Part shown: positions 52,217-62,725 of the stretch, one piece after another
Numbering within the stretch: the stretch's first letter is position 1
How the letters are laid out: each line of letters starts with the position of its first letter
Assembly: GCA_029882215.1 (NCBI GenBank)
Contig: JAOULC010000007.1
Location: 13,546 to 77,545, forward strand
From: Gammaproteobacteria bacterium
GTDB lineage: Bacteria; Pseudomonadota; Gammaproteobacteria; SZUA-229
Direction: 5' to 3'
Length of the DNA stretch: 64,000 nucleotides
The notes under the pieces: generated by a model
What the model saw: the letters and a program-made list of their open reading frames with translations, nothing else
Told to the model about the DNA's origin: nothing
The model's database searches: none
Made by a program: the position numbers and the translations under genes

Positions 52217-53944
52217 TTATTTTTTATATTTATTTAATTTTTCAGTAATGTCTGTCTGCTTAGTATTAATCGATCTTTTAAGATCATCCAGGCCGGCAAC
52301 TGACTGCTCAATACTATCAATATCAGCTGCATACTTATTTTTAATTTTCAATGCCAGCTGATCTTCATAATCTTTTCTGATTTTTGCAAAGCTGGCACTG
52401 AGCTGTTTATTGATTTTATTATCAATATCAGAGTCGATCTTGATATCCGGTTTATTCAGCGTACCTTTCAGCTCGGCATTAATATTAAACTCGCTGATAT
52501 TCAGCATGGCGGCCGTCACTAATGATGAAAAACTTTTGTCCGACGGGTCTTTTGTGCTATCAAATTTTACTTTTTTAAACCGTGCATCGACATCAGCACT
52601 TAATTTACCCGACTGTAAACTGGCTTTCGACCGCATATCCAGCATCGCCGTTTCCATTACCAACGGCAAGCTTGTACCGGCAGAGACTTCATACTGTCTT
52701 ATATTTCGCTGATCAATATCATAATTTACAGCAAAGCGCGGAGCTTTCTTATCTCTAAGATCTAACACCGCACTCATTATCTCTGATTTGCTATGAATGA
52801 GATCTTTACCGCTTAGTTTTATCTCTGCCGGTTTATTATTGATTTTCTGATCAAAGGCAATATAACGGGCTTTGCCGTCAAACTTCCCTGCTGGCAGTCT
52901 TGCTGTAAAGCCCGCCTTTTTAATCAAAAACCCAGGCTGAGGGTCATTATCCTTAAATTCAACATACCTGCCCTGACCTCTGACAATCTGCTCCTCACTT
53001 GCTTCATCTGCTGCAACATAGGGGGCAATTTTTTTATACACATTTCTGGCCGATTCAATATAACCTGTAATCTCTTCACTAAAAAGAAGCCGGCTTATAT
53101 TTGCAACACCGCCTGAATTCAGGCTGATGGAAGATTTTATTTTTTGCAGATCTTTACCCGGCATTTTTTTAGCCTGCGCATATAAAATATTTAGCTCATC
53201 TGAATCTTTTTTTAGTTTGTCTTTATCTTTTTTTATTTCCCGCAGTTCATCTGACACTTCATTTTTTAAATCTTTGAAATCTTTAAGCGCCTGCAGTTTC
53301 TCTTTTGCACTGCCGCTTTTAATGTTTGTTTTAACGGTATTATAACGACTGCTATATCCATCCCACTTGTTTTTATCACTGACTCTTGACTCTATATCAG
53401 CCCAGCTTACTTTCGTTTGTTTTGCTTTTTCATTAACAGCTTTAAATGCATTCTCTGTATCCAGGCCTGTTTTATTAATGAGCTCATCCATATCCGGCAT
53501 CGTTAAAGATGAGGCACCCATAAAGCCGTTGCCCGCATCTGTTTCTGGCGTCTTCTCCTCTTGAGTCTGATCTTCTTCAACAAAGACTGCACCGGCCTGC
53601 ATTCGCTGAGTGGCAAACTGAATATTGTCCAGCTGTAGCTCATTAACAATAAAGCGTCCTCTTAACAGTGAGCGGGTATCGACTTCAAGCACCGCCTTAC
53701 TGATCTCCAGTGAATTCTCAAGCGGATTTTCATTATTAGTTACCTGAATCTTATCGAGTTTAATAACCAGGGGATTAAACGCGACGGCTGCTTCATTAAT
53801 ATTTACTTCTGCGCCATTTAGCGAGGACAACTGTGACTGCAGAATCATTTTGCTGATGCTGGCAGAGAATAACACCAGCGTTAAAACACTTAGCAATGCA
53901 AGGCTAAGTAGTATGATCAGGCCTTTTGTTCTTATCAGATTCAT
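52217..53944 (-). CDS. TIGR03545-family protein (AsmA-like N-terminus)
   Basis: IRTKG N-terminal TM, GAEVNI, RG.GRYVEF...PQP.FLIKK, I.SDID; paired with a TIGR03546-type gene. Confidence 0.78.
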   Translation of the reverse strand: MNLIRTKGLIILLSLALLSVLTLVLFSASISKMILQSQLSSLNGAEVNINEAAVAFNPLVIKLDKIQVTNNENPLENSLEISKAVLEVDTRSLLRGRFIVNELQLDNIQFATQRMQAGAVFVEEDQTQEEKTPETDAGNGFMGASSLTMPDMDELINKTGLDTENAFKAVNEKAKQTKVSWADIESRVSDKNKWDGYSSRYNTVKTNIKSGSAKEKLQALKDFKDLKNEVSDELREIKKDKDKLKKDSDELNILYAQAKKMPGKDLQKIKSSISLNSGGVANISRLLFSEEITGYIESARNVYKKIAPYVAADEASEEQIVRGQGRYVEFKDNDPQPGFLIKKAGFTARLPAGKFDGKARYIAFDQKINNKPAEIKLSGKDLIHSKSEIMSAVLDLRDKKAPRFAVNYDIDQRNIRQYEVSAGTSLPLVMETAMLDMRSKASLQSGKLSADVDARFKKVKFDSTKDPSDKSFSSLVTAAMLNISEFNINAELKGTLNKPDIKIDSDIDNKINKQLSASFAKIRKDYEDQLALKIKNKYAADIDSIEQSVAGLDDLKRSINTKQTDITEKLNKYKK

Positions 53945-53945
53945 C

Positions 53946-54461
53946 TTAACTAACCCGCTCTGCCACTGCTGTTAACTTTCCTAACAGTTTCGACTGACTT
54001 ATGTACTGAAACAAGCGCGAGCTTTTCCAGTGTTTTTCAATCGCCACCCTGTATCGCTTAATCAAAAAATTTGAAAGTAGAAATAAAGGTATAAAAGCGG
54101 CCAGTGATATCACTAAACTGCCCATATTCAGGGTATTGTTAAACCGTAACAGGTACCAGAAACTATTGTTATACATCCAGCTAAACAACGAATTCAGTTC
54201 TGCAACTGATAACACTGCACTGCCAAGCTGAAGCAGCAGCGGATCTAACAGATAGGCAATAATGCTGATCAGTCCTGCTGACAGCATCAGCACCGACAGA
54301 TTCGCCCGCAAGATGATCAGCAAAACAACGGCCAGCAATGCTTGTATTGAAATCGCAGGCGACAACCCCAGTACAAAACCCAGACAGATCCCAAGACTCA
54401 ACTGAGCCGGCTCGATGTCTGAGCTCATTAGTCTAATTATCTTTGCAAAAGACGATATCAT
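53946..54461 (-). CDS. TIGR03546-family membrane protein
   Basis: S...PAQLSLG..LG..LGL.P, RAN, LDP....LG, RFNNT..MGS. Confidence 0.82.
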   Translation of the reverse strand: MISSFAKIIRLMSSDIEPAQLSLGICLGFVLGLSPAISIQALLAVVLLIILRANLSVLMLSAGLISIIAYLLDPLLLQLGSAVLSVAELNSLFSWMYNNSFWYLLRFNNTLNMGSLVISLAAFIPLFLLSNFLIKRYRVAIEKHWKSSRLFQYISQSKLLGKLTAVAERVS

Positions 54462-54769
54462 TATTTATCCTCTGGTCTTATTAGTGAGTCTGCAGTGATT
54501 TATCAAAATACTAGAGTAAAAGCAGCTGATTATAATGCTTAATCTTAGACGACAGCTTAGTAAAGTAAACGCCCGCATTTTATCAGTTTGAAGCAGGGCT
54601 CTAAAGTGCATTATATACACCTGAAATTGCCGATTCCGATAACAGGGAGGTATTTTCCGATTATAACGACTAAAATAAGCTGATATCTCATATATAATTG
54701 ATCTTCAGAGGTCAATCCATCAGCTTGTTTTACAGACCATTTTTTTTGCCTGTCAAAGTGTATTTAGCC

Positions 54770-55288
54770 ATGAAGTTCTTACAATTTGTATTCACATTAC
54801 TCATCATTTCAGCAATCTCGCTTAACTGCCGGGCCGAAGAACTCTCTCGCGAGCAAATAAAAGGCCTTGATGAACAGGTACAGGACATTAAAAAAGATGT
54901 TCTGGCCATCTCAGCGGAATTAACCTTGCTGGAGGAAAAACTGCTCTATCCCTCTAATACACAGGTTTCCATTTTTATATCCGTGGCCAAAGACAGCCAG
55001 TATACCCCTGATGCAGTACAAATTAAGATCGACGATAAGGATGTTGCCCACCATATCTATAGCTATAAGGAAGTCGGCGCCTTACAAATGGGCGGCGTAC
55101 AACGTGTCTACACTGGTAATATCCGCGGTGGTGAGCATAAACTGGATGTGAGTGTCATCGGCCAACAGGCAGGGAATGACGCATATAACAGCAAAAAGTC
55201 ATTCACCATAACAAAGAAAGTGGGCGCAAAGCTGGTCGAAATACAGCTAGGCTCCGGTTCAGCCTTAATTCAAATTAAAGAAAGATAG
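54770..55288 (+). CDS. Exported hypothetical protein, first gene of the TPR/TolQR cluster
   Basis: Signal peptide, coiled coil LEEKLLYP.NTQ, HIY...E..AL..GGVQR. ATG at 54770. Confidence 0.75.
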   Translation: MKFLQFVFTLLIISAISLNCRAEELSREQIKGLDEQVQDIKKDVLAISAELTLLEEKLLYPSNTQVSIFISVAKDSQYTPDAVQIKIDDKDVAHHIYSYKEVGALQMGGVQRVYTGNIRGGEHKLDVSVIGQQAGNDAYNSKKSFTITKKVGAKLVEIQLGSGSALIQIKER

Positions 55289-55291
55289 CTC

Positions 55292-57229
55292 ATGAATCGC
55301 TTCATGATGATGCTGGCCATGGTAACAGCCCCTGTTATAGGCGCAGCACAGGTCCCAGCTGCCGAAAAAACCGATTTATACTTTAGCGAAGGCCTGTATT
55401 ACGCCTATCAGGGCAATTATTTTGATGCCATCAGCCGGCTTGATGCTGAACTTGGCCAATACCACGGGCTTGATGAACCGGAATTAAATTCATTACACTA
55501 CTACATTAATAATGCCGAATTTTCCATTGGCGATTTCGAGCTATATTACCGTATGCATAAGCGGGCCGGGCGGGCCATCAAGTCCGTTATAGAAGGCGAT
55601 GTTGAAGACAGCATAAAAAATGAAGCCGCTTACCGGCTGGCAAAAATATTTCATGAAAAACAACAAGCTAAGGAAGCTCTGGACACTGTCCAGCGGATAA
55701 CAGGTGCTGTTCCGGACACCATTAAATACGACCTGGCTTTACTCAAAGCGCAGATTTATATCTCCAACAAACTCTTCAAAGAAGCCATCTCGTTACTGGC
55801 TGGTATTCAGCATGATACTGAAGTGGCCGGTTTTGCAGCCTACAATCTGGCGCTCGCTTTTATTGGTAATAATGAAATTGATAAAGGTTTGTCACAGCTC
55901 GACACCGTCGGCCAGATAAGCTCAAATGATCTGGCTGTACTGGGTATAAAGGATAAGGCCAATCTGGTTCTCGGCTATAAACTGATGGAAAACGATAAAC
56001 CCGAGCAAGCCAAGAAATACTTCCAGCGTATCCGTTTAAACGGCCCCTTCTCAAACCGCGCCTTGCTCGGTTTAGGCTGGGCTGATATAGCTGCACAAAA
56101 CTACAAGCGTGCCCTCGTGCCATGGACCATGCTGAGTAAAAGAGCACCGACAGAGTCATCGGTGCAGGAAGCCTTATCCGGCTTACCGTTTGCTTACGGT
56201 AAGCTAGAAGCGCATGGCAGGGCCGCAATTTTATACGGCAACGCACTTGAAACCTACAGTCAGGAACTCGTCAAACTGGATGCCTCCATCAAAAGTATCC
56301 GTGAAGGCAAGTTCCTCGAAGCCGTTGTCAGGGAGGAATTTAACAAGGATAAAAACTGGCTGATTAACCTGCGTGATTTACCGGACAGCCCGGAAACGCA
56401 CTATTTAATGCAATTGCTGGCATCAAACGACTTTCAGGCATCTCTAAAAAACTATTTTGACCTGGTCCAGCTCGGTAAAAAAATACTGTCATGGGATGGT
56501 TATCTGGACTCTTATGATGAGATCATTGCAAAACGTAAGAATTACCTGACACCATTATTCCCTTCGGTACAGGATCAGTTCCGTGCTCTCGACTCACGGA
56601 TGAAGCTGCGACTGACACAACAAGAAAAAATCACCAGCCGGCTCAATAACATGCTGATTGCACCAAGGCCTGATTTTCTGGCCACGGCTGATGAACGAAT
56701 TGCGATGAATAAAATATACGCGCTGGAAAAACAACTCGCTAAAACTAAATCCCCCGACAAACAGGCCAGCGAGCGACTACAGCGTTTAAAAGGCGTGATT
56801 AACTGGAACATTGAAACACAATATCAGGCCAGATTCACCGAAGCTTATAACAGCTCTCGCTCACTTGATGAGGGCTTTGTTAAATTAAACGGGATTTATC
56901 GCTCTTTTGTCAGAACCCGCCAGGCCGCCACACAAAGTTACATCGGTTATGACGCGAGCATCCGCCAACTACGGGTGCGCATCAAAGCCGCCGATGAACG
57001 AATTAAGTTACTGCTTTCCCGGCAAGGTTACATGCTGGAAAAAATGGCCATACAGGAATTACAGGTCAGTCGCAAACGTATCGAAGAACTGCAGATTAAA
57101 GCCCGCTTCGCACTGGCCGAAAGTTATGACCGTGCGCTTAAAGCCAAACAAAAAGCCGAACTTGAAAAAGCACTTAAAGAAAATGAAGCTCAGTCCGCAC
57201 CGGTTATCGATAAAGGTGAGAAAAAGTGA
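55292..57229 (+). CDS. Exported TPR and coiled-coil protein
   Basis: Signal peptide, TPR-like repeats (AAYNLA, ALLGLGW), ARFALAESYD tail. Confidence 0.8.
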   Translation: MNRFMMMLAMVTAPVIGAAQVPAAEKTDLYFSEGLYYAYQGNYFDAISRLDAELGQYHGLDEPELNSLHYYINNAEFSIGDFELYYRMHKRAGRAIKSVIEGDVEDSIKNEAAYRLAKIFHEKQQAKEALDTVQRITGAVPDTIKYDLALLKAQIYISNKLFKEAISLLAGIQHDTEVAGFAAYNLALAFIGNNEIDKGLSQLDTVGQISSNDLAVLGIKDKANLVLGYKLMENDKPEQAKKYFQRIRLNGPFSNRALLGLGWADIAAQNYKRALVPWTMLSKRAPTESSVQEALSGLPFAYGKLEAHGRAAILYGNALETYSQELVKLDASIKSIREGKFLEAVVREEFNKDKNWLINLRDLPDSPETHYLMQLLASNDFQASLKNYFDLVQLGKKILSWDGYLDSYDEIIAKRKNYLTPLFPSVQDQFRALDSRMKLRLTQQEKITSRLNNMLIAPRPDFLATADERIAMNKIYALEKQLAKTKSPDKQASERLQRLKGVINWNIETQYQARFTEAYNSSRSLDEGFVKLNGIYRSFVRTRQAATQSYIGYDASIRQLRVRIKAADERIKLLLSRQGYMLEKMAIQELQVSRKRIEELQIKARFALAESYDRALKAKQKAELEKALKENEAQSAPVIDKGEKK

Positions 57230-60200
57230 AGCCGTTAAAAGCGACATTTATTTTCAGCCTGGCCTTTGTAAGCGCCTGCTCCAGCATTGATAAAAGAACC
57301 ATAGAAGGTCTGCTTGATGTTGAAATAGAAGTCAAAGATGTTGATATTCAGGGTGGCGCGCAAAAAGCCATGCAAAGCTATCAGCAGTTCCTCGAAAGCA
57401 CACCTGATTCGGCAATGACACCGGACGCCATACGCCGTTTAGCCGATCTTAATATCGAACAGGAATACGGTGTCATCAACGACACTGAAAAAACATCACT
57501 CAGCCAGCCTGAAATAGCAAAAATCAGTCCGGCAGAAGCGGCGACATCAAACCCAGCCACAGACAAAACTTCAACTGCCGAAGACAAAGCCGGTAGCACA
57601 AAAACGGCAGGTGACTCAGCAACTAAAGCAGCCATCACAGGCCCTAAAGAAAAAGACCAGCCGCTGATTCTTGCCGATGGTTCAAACCTTGAAGACCTGC
57701 AAACCGAGGGCGCACAAAAGGCCATAGCGCTGTATTTAAAGCTACTGAAGAAATTTCCGGACTACGAGCGCAATGACCAGGTGCTTTATCAGTTATCACG
57801 CGCCTATGAAGAAACAGGGCAGGTTGAAGAAGCCATGCGGGTAATGAACCGGCTGATCAAAGAATACCCTCTTTCACGGCACTTCCCTGAAGTTCAGTTC
57901 CGTCGGGGCGAATACTTTTTTACCCGCAAGAAATTACTTGATGCCGAAGACGCTTATAAGTCACTGATAGACACCGGTAAAGGCTCGGAATATTTTGCGC
58001 TTGCACTCTACAAGCTGGGCTGGACATTTTACAAACAGGAATTATACGAAGAAGGCCTGCATAATTTTATCGGCCTATTAGATTACAAACTCAGCACCGG
58101 CTATGACTTTGAATCCAGCACTAATGATGCTGAAAAAAAACGTCATGAAGACACTTACCGGGTTATCAGCTTAAGCTTTTCAAATCTCGGCGGCCCGGAT
58201 GCCGTGATCAGTTATTTCAATAAGTTCGGTTCCAGAAGCTATGAACATGAAGTCTACGCACAACTGGCTGAGCATTACCTGATCAAACGCCGTTATAGTG
58301 ATGCCGCGAAAACATATAATGCGTTTATCGAGCATAATCCTTTCAGTAAATCATCACCTCACTTTAGTATGCGGGTGATTGATATTTATCAGAAAGGCGG
58401 TTTCCCGCGGCTGGTTATTGAAGCCAAAAAAGCCTACTCTGTTACTTATGGTTTGCGTGCTGACTACTGGAAGTATTTCAACCCGTCACAGCATGAAGAT
58501 GTTATTGCCTACTTAAAGAAAAATATTATTGACCTTGCCAATCACTATCACGCACTCTATCAAAACAAACGTTTGCGGGACAAGCGACCGGCTAACTTTA
58601 AAGAAGCCTCACACTGGTACAGAGAATTTCTTCTTTCGTTTCCTAAAGATGAAGAATCCGCTGGTATTAACTACCAGCTGGCCGATTTATTCTTAGAAAA
58701 CAAAAACTTTTTACTGGCCGCCGTCGAATATGAAAAAACCGCATACGACTACAAGTTAAACGAAAAATCATCCGAAGCCGGATATTCTGCCGTTTACGCT
58801 TATAGCCAGCATTTAAAGGTTGTCTCTGCCTATGAAAAGCTGACGATCAAACGTCAGGTAATCCGTACCTCGCTTAAATTTGTAGATGTCTTCCCGCAGC
58901 ACAAAAAAGCTGTAAGCATCCTCGCAGCCGCTGCAGATTACCTGTATGAGCTGAAAGACTTTCAGCTGGCGATCAATGCCTCGCATAAGCTGATCAAGAA
59001 CTACCCGTCTATTGAGCAGAAGCAGTTACGCTCTTCATGGCTGGTTATTGCCTACGCCTCTTTTGATTTGCTTATTTACAATGATGCAGAAACCGCTTTC
59101 ATTAATGTGCTCGCTATCCGCCTTAAAGATGAAAGTAAAAAACAGCGCCTTGAGTTACAGGAAAACCTGGCAGCTGCCGTCTATAAGCAAGGTGAACAGG
59201 CCGTCAAACTTGAGGATTATGCACTGGCTGCCAGTCACTTTTTACGCGTTGGCCAGTTAGTACCGCATTCTAAAATACGCTCAACGGCAGATTACGATGC
59301 CGCGACCGCCTTTATCCAGCTAAAAGACTGGCCACGTGCCGCTGAAGTACTGGTTGCCTTCAGAAAAGCCTATCCAAGCCATAAGCTGCAAAAAGAAGTT
59401 ACCAAGAAAATGGCTTATGTTTATCAGGAGAATAAAGAATACAACAACGCCGCAAGAGAATATGAACGCATTGCGCGTGACACGCTCGATAATGACATTC
59501 GACGCGAATCACTATTAACTGCTGCCGACCTTTACCAGAAAGTACCTGACCAGCAAAATGAACTGCGTATATACATCAGCTTCGTTAAGCTGTTTCCAAA
59601 TCCGGTGGAAGACTCACTTGAGATCAGTAATAAAATTGCGACCATATATAAATCAACTAATGACCGTGAAAATTACTTAAAAACCCTTAAGCACATTATT
59701 GCCGTCGACGCGAAAGCCGGAAAACAACGTACAGATCGTACACGTTATCTTGCCGGCATGGCACAGCTGGCTGTGATAGAGCCGCTGTACACAAATTTTG
59801 TGGCACTTAAACTGGTTAAACCCTTCAAGAAGAATCTGAAGAAAAAACAAAACCAAATGAAAGCGAATATTAAGCGCTACAATAATCTGGTTGACTACGG
59901 TGTCGGCGATGTAACTGCTGCTGCCACCTATTATATTGCCGAGACTTATTACAACTTTAGCCGTTCACTGATGGAGTCTGAGCGTCCTGCCAAACTGTCG
60001 GATCTGGAGCTGGAACAATATGAAATCATTCTGGAAGAGCAGGCCTATCCGTTTGAAGAAAAAACGATAAATATCCACAAGAAAAACATCGAGCTCTTAT
60101 CGGTCGGCGTGTATAGCCAGTGGATAGATAAGTCACTGAAAAAGCTGGGGCAACTGGTACCGGGACGATATGCCAAATACGAAGAAAGTAGCGGCGTGTT

Positions 60201-60513
60201 GAACTCTATGCTGAGCTATACCTACATTGTTAAAAAATTAGCGCCGGTAAAACCCGCCACAGAGGCGCCCGTCACTGATAAGACGGACACGGCACAAAGC
60301 GGCGTTAGTGATAAGGAGCCAACTGCAGAGGTGAATCAACAAACAGCGGCTCCAGCTATTAATGAGCCCGTCAACGATGAAGCTAAAGTGCCAGCTGATG
60401 CCGCTGTTAACAATAACGCGACAAATGCTGAAACGGAAGTTAAAGCAGACGCTCCTGCAACTAAAGAGCCCGCAGCGACTGTCACTGACAGTCAGCAAAC
60501 CGATGAAAACTAA
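57226..60513 (+). CDS. Large TPR lipoprotein, GltD/AgmU-like
   Basis: Lipobox FVSAC, many TPRs (VLYQLSRAYE, ALYKLGW), LEEQAYPFEEK.I.IH, Ala/Pro/Thr-rich tail. Confidence 0.8.
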   Translation: MKPLKATFIFSLAFVSACSSIDKRTIEGLLDVEIEVKDVDIQGGAQKAMQSYQQFLESTPDSAMTPDAIRRLADLNIEQEYGVINDTEKTSLSQPEIAKISPAEAATSNPATDKTSTAEDKAGSTKTAGDSATKAAITGPKEKDQPLILADGSNLEDLQTEGAQKAIALYLKLLKKFPDYERNDQVLYQLSRAYEETGQVEEAMRVMNRLIKEYPLSRHFPEVQFRRGEYFFTRKKLLDAEDAYKSLIDTGKGSEYFALALYKLGWTFYKQELYEEGLHNFIGLLDYKLSTGYDFESSTNDAEKKRHEDTYRVISLSFSNLGGPDAVISYFNKFGSRSYEHEVYAQLAEHYLIKRRYSDAAKTYNAFIEHNPFSKSSPHFSMRVIDIYQKGGFPRLVIEAKKAYSVTYGLRADYWKYFNPSQHEDVIAYLKKNIIDLANHYHALYQNKRLRDKRPANFKEASHWYREFLLSFPKDEESAGINYQLADLFLENKNFLLAAVEYEKTAYDYKLNEKSSEAGYSAVYAYSQHLKVVSAYEKLTIKRQVIRTSLKFVDVFPQHKKAVSILAAAADYLYELKDFQLAINASHKLIKNYPSIEQKQLRSSWLVIAYASFDLLIYNDAETAFINVLAIRLKDESKKQRLELQENLAAAVYKQGEQAVKLEDYALAASHFLRVGQLVPHSKIRSTADYDAATAFIQLKDWPRAAEVLVAFRKAYPSHKLQKEVTKKMAYVYQENKEYNNAAREYERIARDTLDNDIRRESLLTAADLYQKVPDQQNELRIYISFVKLFPNPVEDSLEISNKIATIYKSTNDRENYLKTLKHIIAVDAKAGKQRTDRTRYLAGMAQLAVIEPLYTNFVALKLVKPFKKNLKKKQNQMKANIKRYNNLVDYGVGDVTAAATYYIAETYYNFSRSLMESERPAKLSDLELEQYEIILEEQAYPFEEKTINIHKKNIELLSVGVYSQWIDKSLKKLGQLVPGRYAKYEESSGVLNSMLSYTYIVKKLAPVKPATEAPVTDKTDTAQSGVSDKEPTAEVNQQTAAPAINEPVNDEAKVPADAAVNNNATNAETEVKADAPATKEPAATVTDSQQTDEN

Positions 60514-60646
60514 ACATAAGGCCTGTTTTATCAGGAATATATGCATATTAGTCACTAATTACTCACATTAGAGTAATATCTAATATAATTAATTAGTTAC
60601 TGACCAAAAGTAACGATATGGACACCGACACACTTGAAACATCACT

Positions 60647-61261
60647 ATGCTTAGTTTAATTAAACATCGCCGTAAGCCACTCAGCCTGCTATTAATGACA
60701 AGCCTGCTGAGCGCCTGCATGGTCGCAGAAGTTAAGCAGGAAGCTGACGATGAACGTGATATCGTTATTTCAGAAGAGTACGGTGTTGATGCTGATGTCA
60801 CACAAAAATTTAACCAGGCTGTTGAACTCATTGGCCAGAAACAATACGAGAAAGCAGTTACTTTGTTAACCGATGTAACCGCCCGAACCGACAAGCACAG
60901 TGCCCCTTATGTTAATCTGGGTGTGGCCTATGCAAAACTTGGAAAAATTGATGAAGCCGAAGAAAACTTGCTAAAAGCTCTAAAAATCAACCCGCTTCAT
61001 CCGGTGACGAATAATGAGCTGGGCATAGTTTATCGTCAGCGCGGACGTTTTGAAGATGCCAAGAAGGCTTATCAAGCCGTCATCAGCCGTTACCCAAGAT
61101 TTCTTCCTGCTATCAGAAACCTTGGCATATTATGTGATATTTTTATGAATGATCTTGAATGTGCTATAGAACAATATGCTGCCTATTTAGAATATTCTCC
61201 GGATGAGAAAAATATTCAAATCTGGCTGACTGATCTTCAACGCCGCGCGGGTAAAAACTAA
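60647..61261 (+). CDS. TPR lipoprotein, GltE/AglT-like
   Basis: Lipobox LSAC, NLGVAY, NELGIVYR..GRF..A, NLGILCDIF, W..DL.RR. Confidence 0.8.
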   Translation: MLSLIKHRRKPLSLLLMTSLLSACMVAEVKQEADDERDIVISEEYGVDADVTQKFNQAVELIGQKQYEKAVTLLTDVTARTDKHSAPYVNLGVAYAKLGKIDEAEENLLKALKINPLHPVTNNELGIVYRQRGRFEDAKKAYQAVISRYPRFLPAIRNLGILCDIFMNDLECAIEQYAAYLEYSPDEKNIQIWLTDLQRRAGKN

Positions 61262-61530
61262 TGTCTTTAAAGCTGTTACCACTTTTCGCAGTTATTATAT
61301 CGCTGCTGACTGTTACTGCTCAGGCTGAGGAAGTAAAATCACTGTCCGGTATTTCCATAATCGGTAATAAAGATGCGCCTAAGTCGCTTTATATTGTGCC
61401 GTGGAGAAGTGCCGAATTAGGTATGGAGTCCGATTTGAACTCAAGTTTACTGAATGAGGGCCTGCATCCCATCGATAAAGACGTGTTTTTAAGAGAACTG
61501 GATTTTTATCAAATCAGTAAATCAAAATGA
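61261..61530 (+). CDS. Small exported protein, GltF-like
   Basis: Signal peptide, GISIIGN.DAPKSLYIVPW, PIDKDVFLREL. Confidence 0.7.
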   Translation: MSLKLLPLFAVIISLLTVTAQAEEVKSLSGISIIGNKDAPKSLYIVPWRSAELGMESDLNSSLLNEGLHPIDKDVFLRELDFYQISKSK

Positions 61531-61568
61531 TTTAACCTTATCTATTTAATATATTAAGAGGAATAAAG

Positions 61569-62213
61569 ATGGAGTTTATTAATACAATAATCTCATTCAT
61601 ACAGGACGGTGGTACTTTTATGTACCCGATACTGGTGGTATTTGCGATTGGCGCTGCAATTGCAATGGAAAGAAGTATCAACCTTTCTATTGTCAGAAAG
61701 AAAAACATTAAAGTTTGGGATGAGATTAATCCGGTAATGGCTGAGCATGACTTTGACAAAGCCAGAGAAATGACCACCGGTGATAATTCTGCCATCGCCA
61801 CACTGATCAGTATGGGACTGGCCAGAGAGGGCACTGTGCGCCGCCGTGACGATATCGAAATCGGCATGGAAGAAGCCATGCTGGAAATCACTCCGCAGCT
61901 GGAAAAACGCACCGCTTATGTTGCGTTGTTAGCCAATATATCGACCCTGCTGGGCTTACTTGGAACCATCATGGGACTGATCGAGGCCTTTACCGCGGTT
62001 GCTAATGCAAACCCGGCTGAAAAAGCGGACATGTTATCTGCCAGTATTTCGGTAGCGATGAACACCACGGCCTTTGGTCTGATTGCAGCGATTCCTTTAC
62101 TAATTTTTCATGCGTTCTTAATCTCCAAAACCAGTGATATTACAAATAGTCTTGAAATGGTTTCGGTAAAAACACTGAACTACATTACTGATTCTGCAAG
62201 ACGTCAGGGGTAG
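61569..62213 (+). CDS. MotA/TolQ/ExbB proton channel subunit (AglR-like)
   Basis: GG..MYPI, LLGLLGTIMGLI, ISVAMNTTAFGL. Confidence 0.92.
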   Translation: MEFINTIISFIQDGGTFMYPILVVFAIGAAIAMERSINLSIVRKKNIKVWDEINPVMAEHDFDKAREMTTGDNSAIATLISMGLAREGTVRRRDDIEIGMEEAMLEITPQLEKRTAYVALLANISTLLGLLGTIMGLIEAFTAVANANPAEKADMLSASISVAMNTTAFGLIAAIPLLIFHAFLISKTSDITNSLEMVSVKTLNYITDSARRQG

Positions 62214-62221
62214 GTACTGAT

Positions 62222-62725
62222 ATGTCCCGTGCTCGTCGTCGTAAAGGTCTGGATAAAGAACCACCGGAACTGGATATCACCACCTTCCTGAATCTGATGG
62301 TTGTATTGATTCCATTTTTGCTGCTTTCTGCTGTTTTCTCTCGCATCACGATAATGGAGCTTGATGTTCCAACAGCCGGTGTTGGTGGTGCTAAAAATGA
62401 AAAGCCCACACTGGAGCTGGAAGTTATAGTACGCAAAAAAGTGATCGAAATCAGTAACGGCAAAGGTGTTGTTGCCCGCATGGCCAACATTGACGAGAAA
62501 TATGATATTGAAAAATTATCGGACTACCTGCAAAAAATTAAAAAAAATTACCCCGATAAAACTGACGCTATCATCTTGATGGAACGCACGCTTGAGTATG
62601 AACATTTAATTACAATTATGGATGTTGTACGAAGTGCTTCTTATAAAGACATGACAAATCCGGCCTCACCAATGACCAAGCAAACCATTCTATTTCCACA
62701 TATCTCAGTTGGCGATGCCCCATGA
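62222..62725 (+). CDS. ExbD/TolR-family subunit 1
   Basis: ELDITTFLNLMVVLIPFLL TM; YEHLITIMD.VR. Confidence 0.85.
   Translation: MSRARRRKGLDKEPPELDITTFLNLMVVLIPFLLLSAVFSRITIMELDVPTAGVGGAKNEKPTLELEVIVRKKVIEISNGKGVVARMANIDEKYDIEKLSDYLQKIKKNYPDKTDAIILMERTLEYEHLITIMDVVRSASYKDMTNPASPMTKQTILFPHISVGDAP

Noticed and set aside
60240..60513. Ala/Pro/Thr-rich tail of the TPR protein as a tandem repeat
   Set aside because: Low-complexity disordered tail with no exact nucleotide repeat unit
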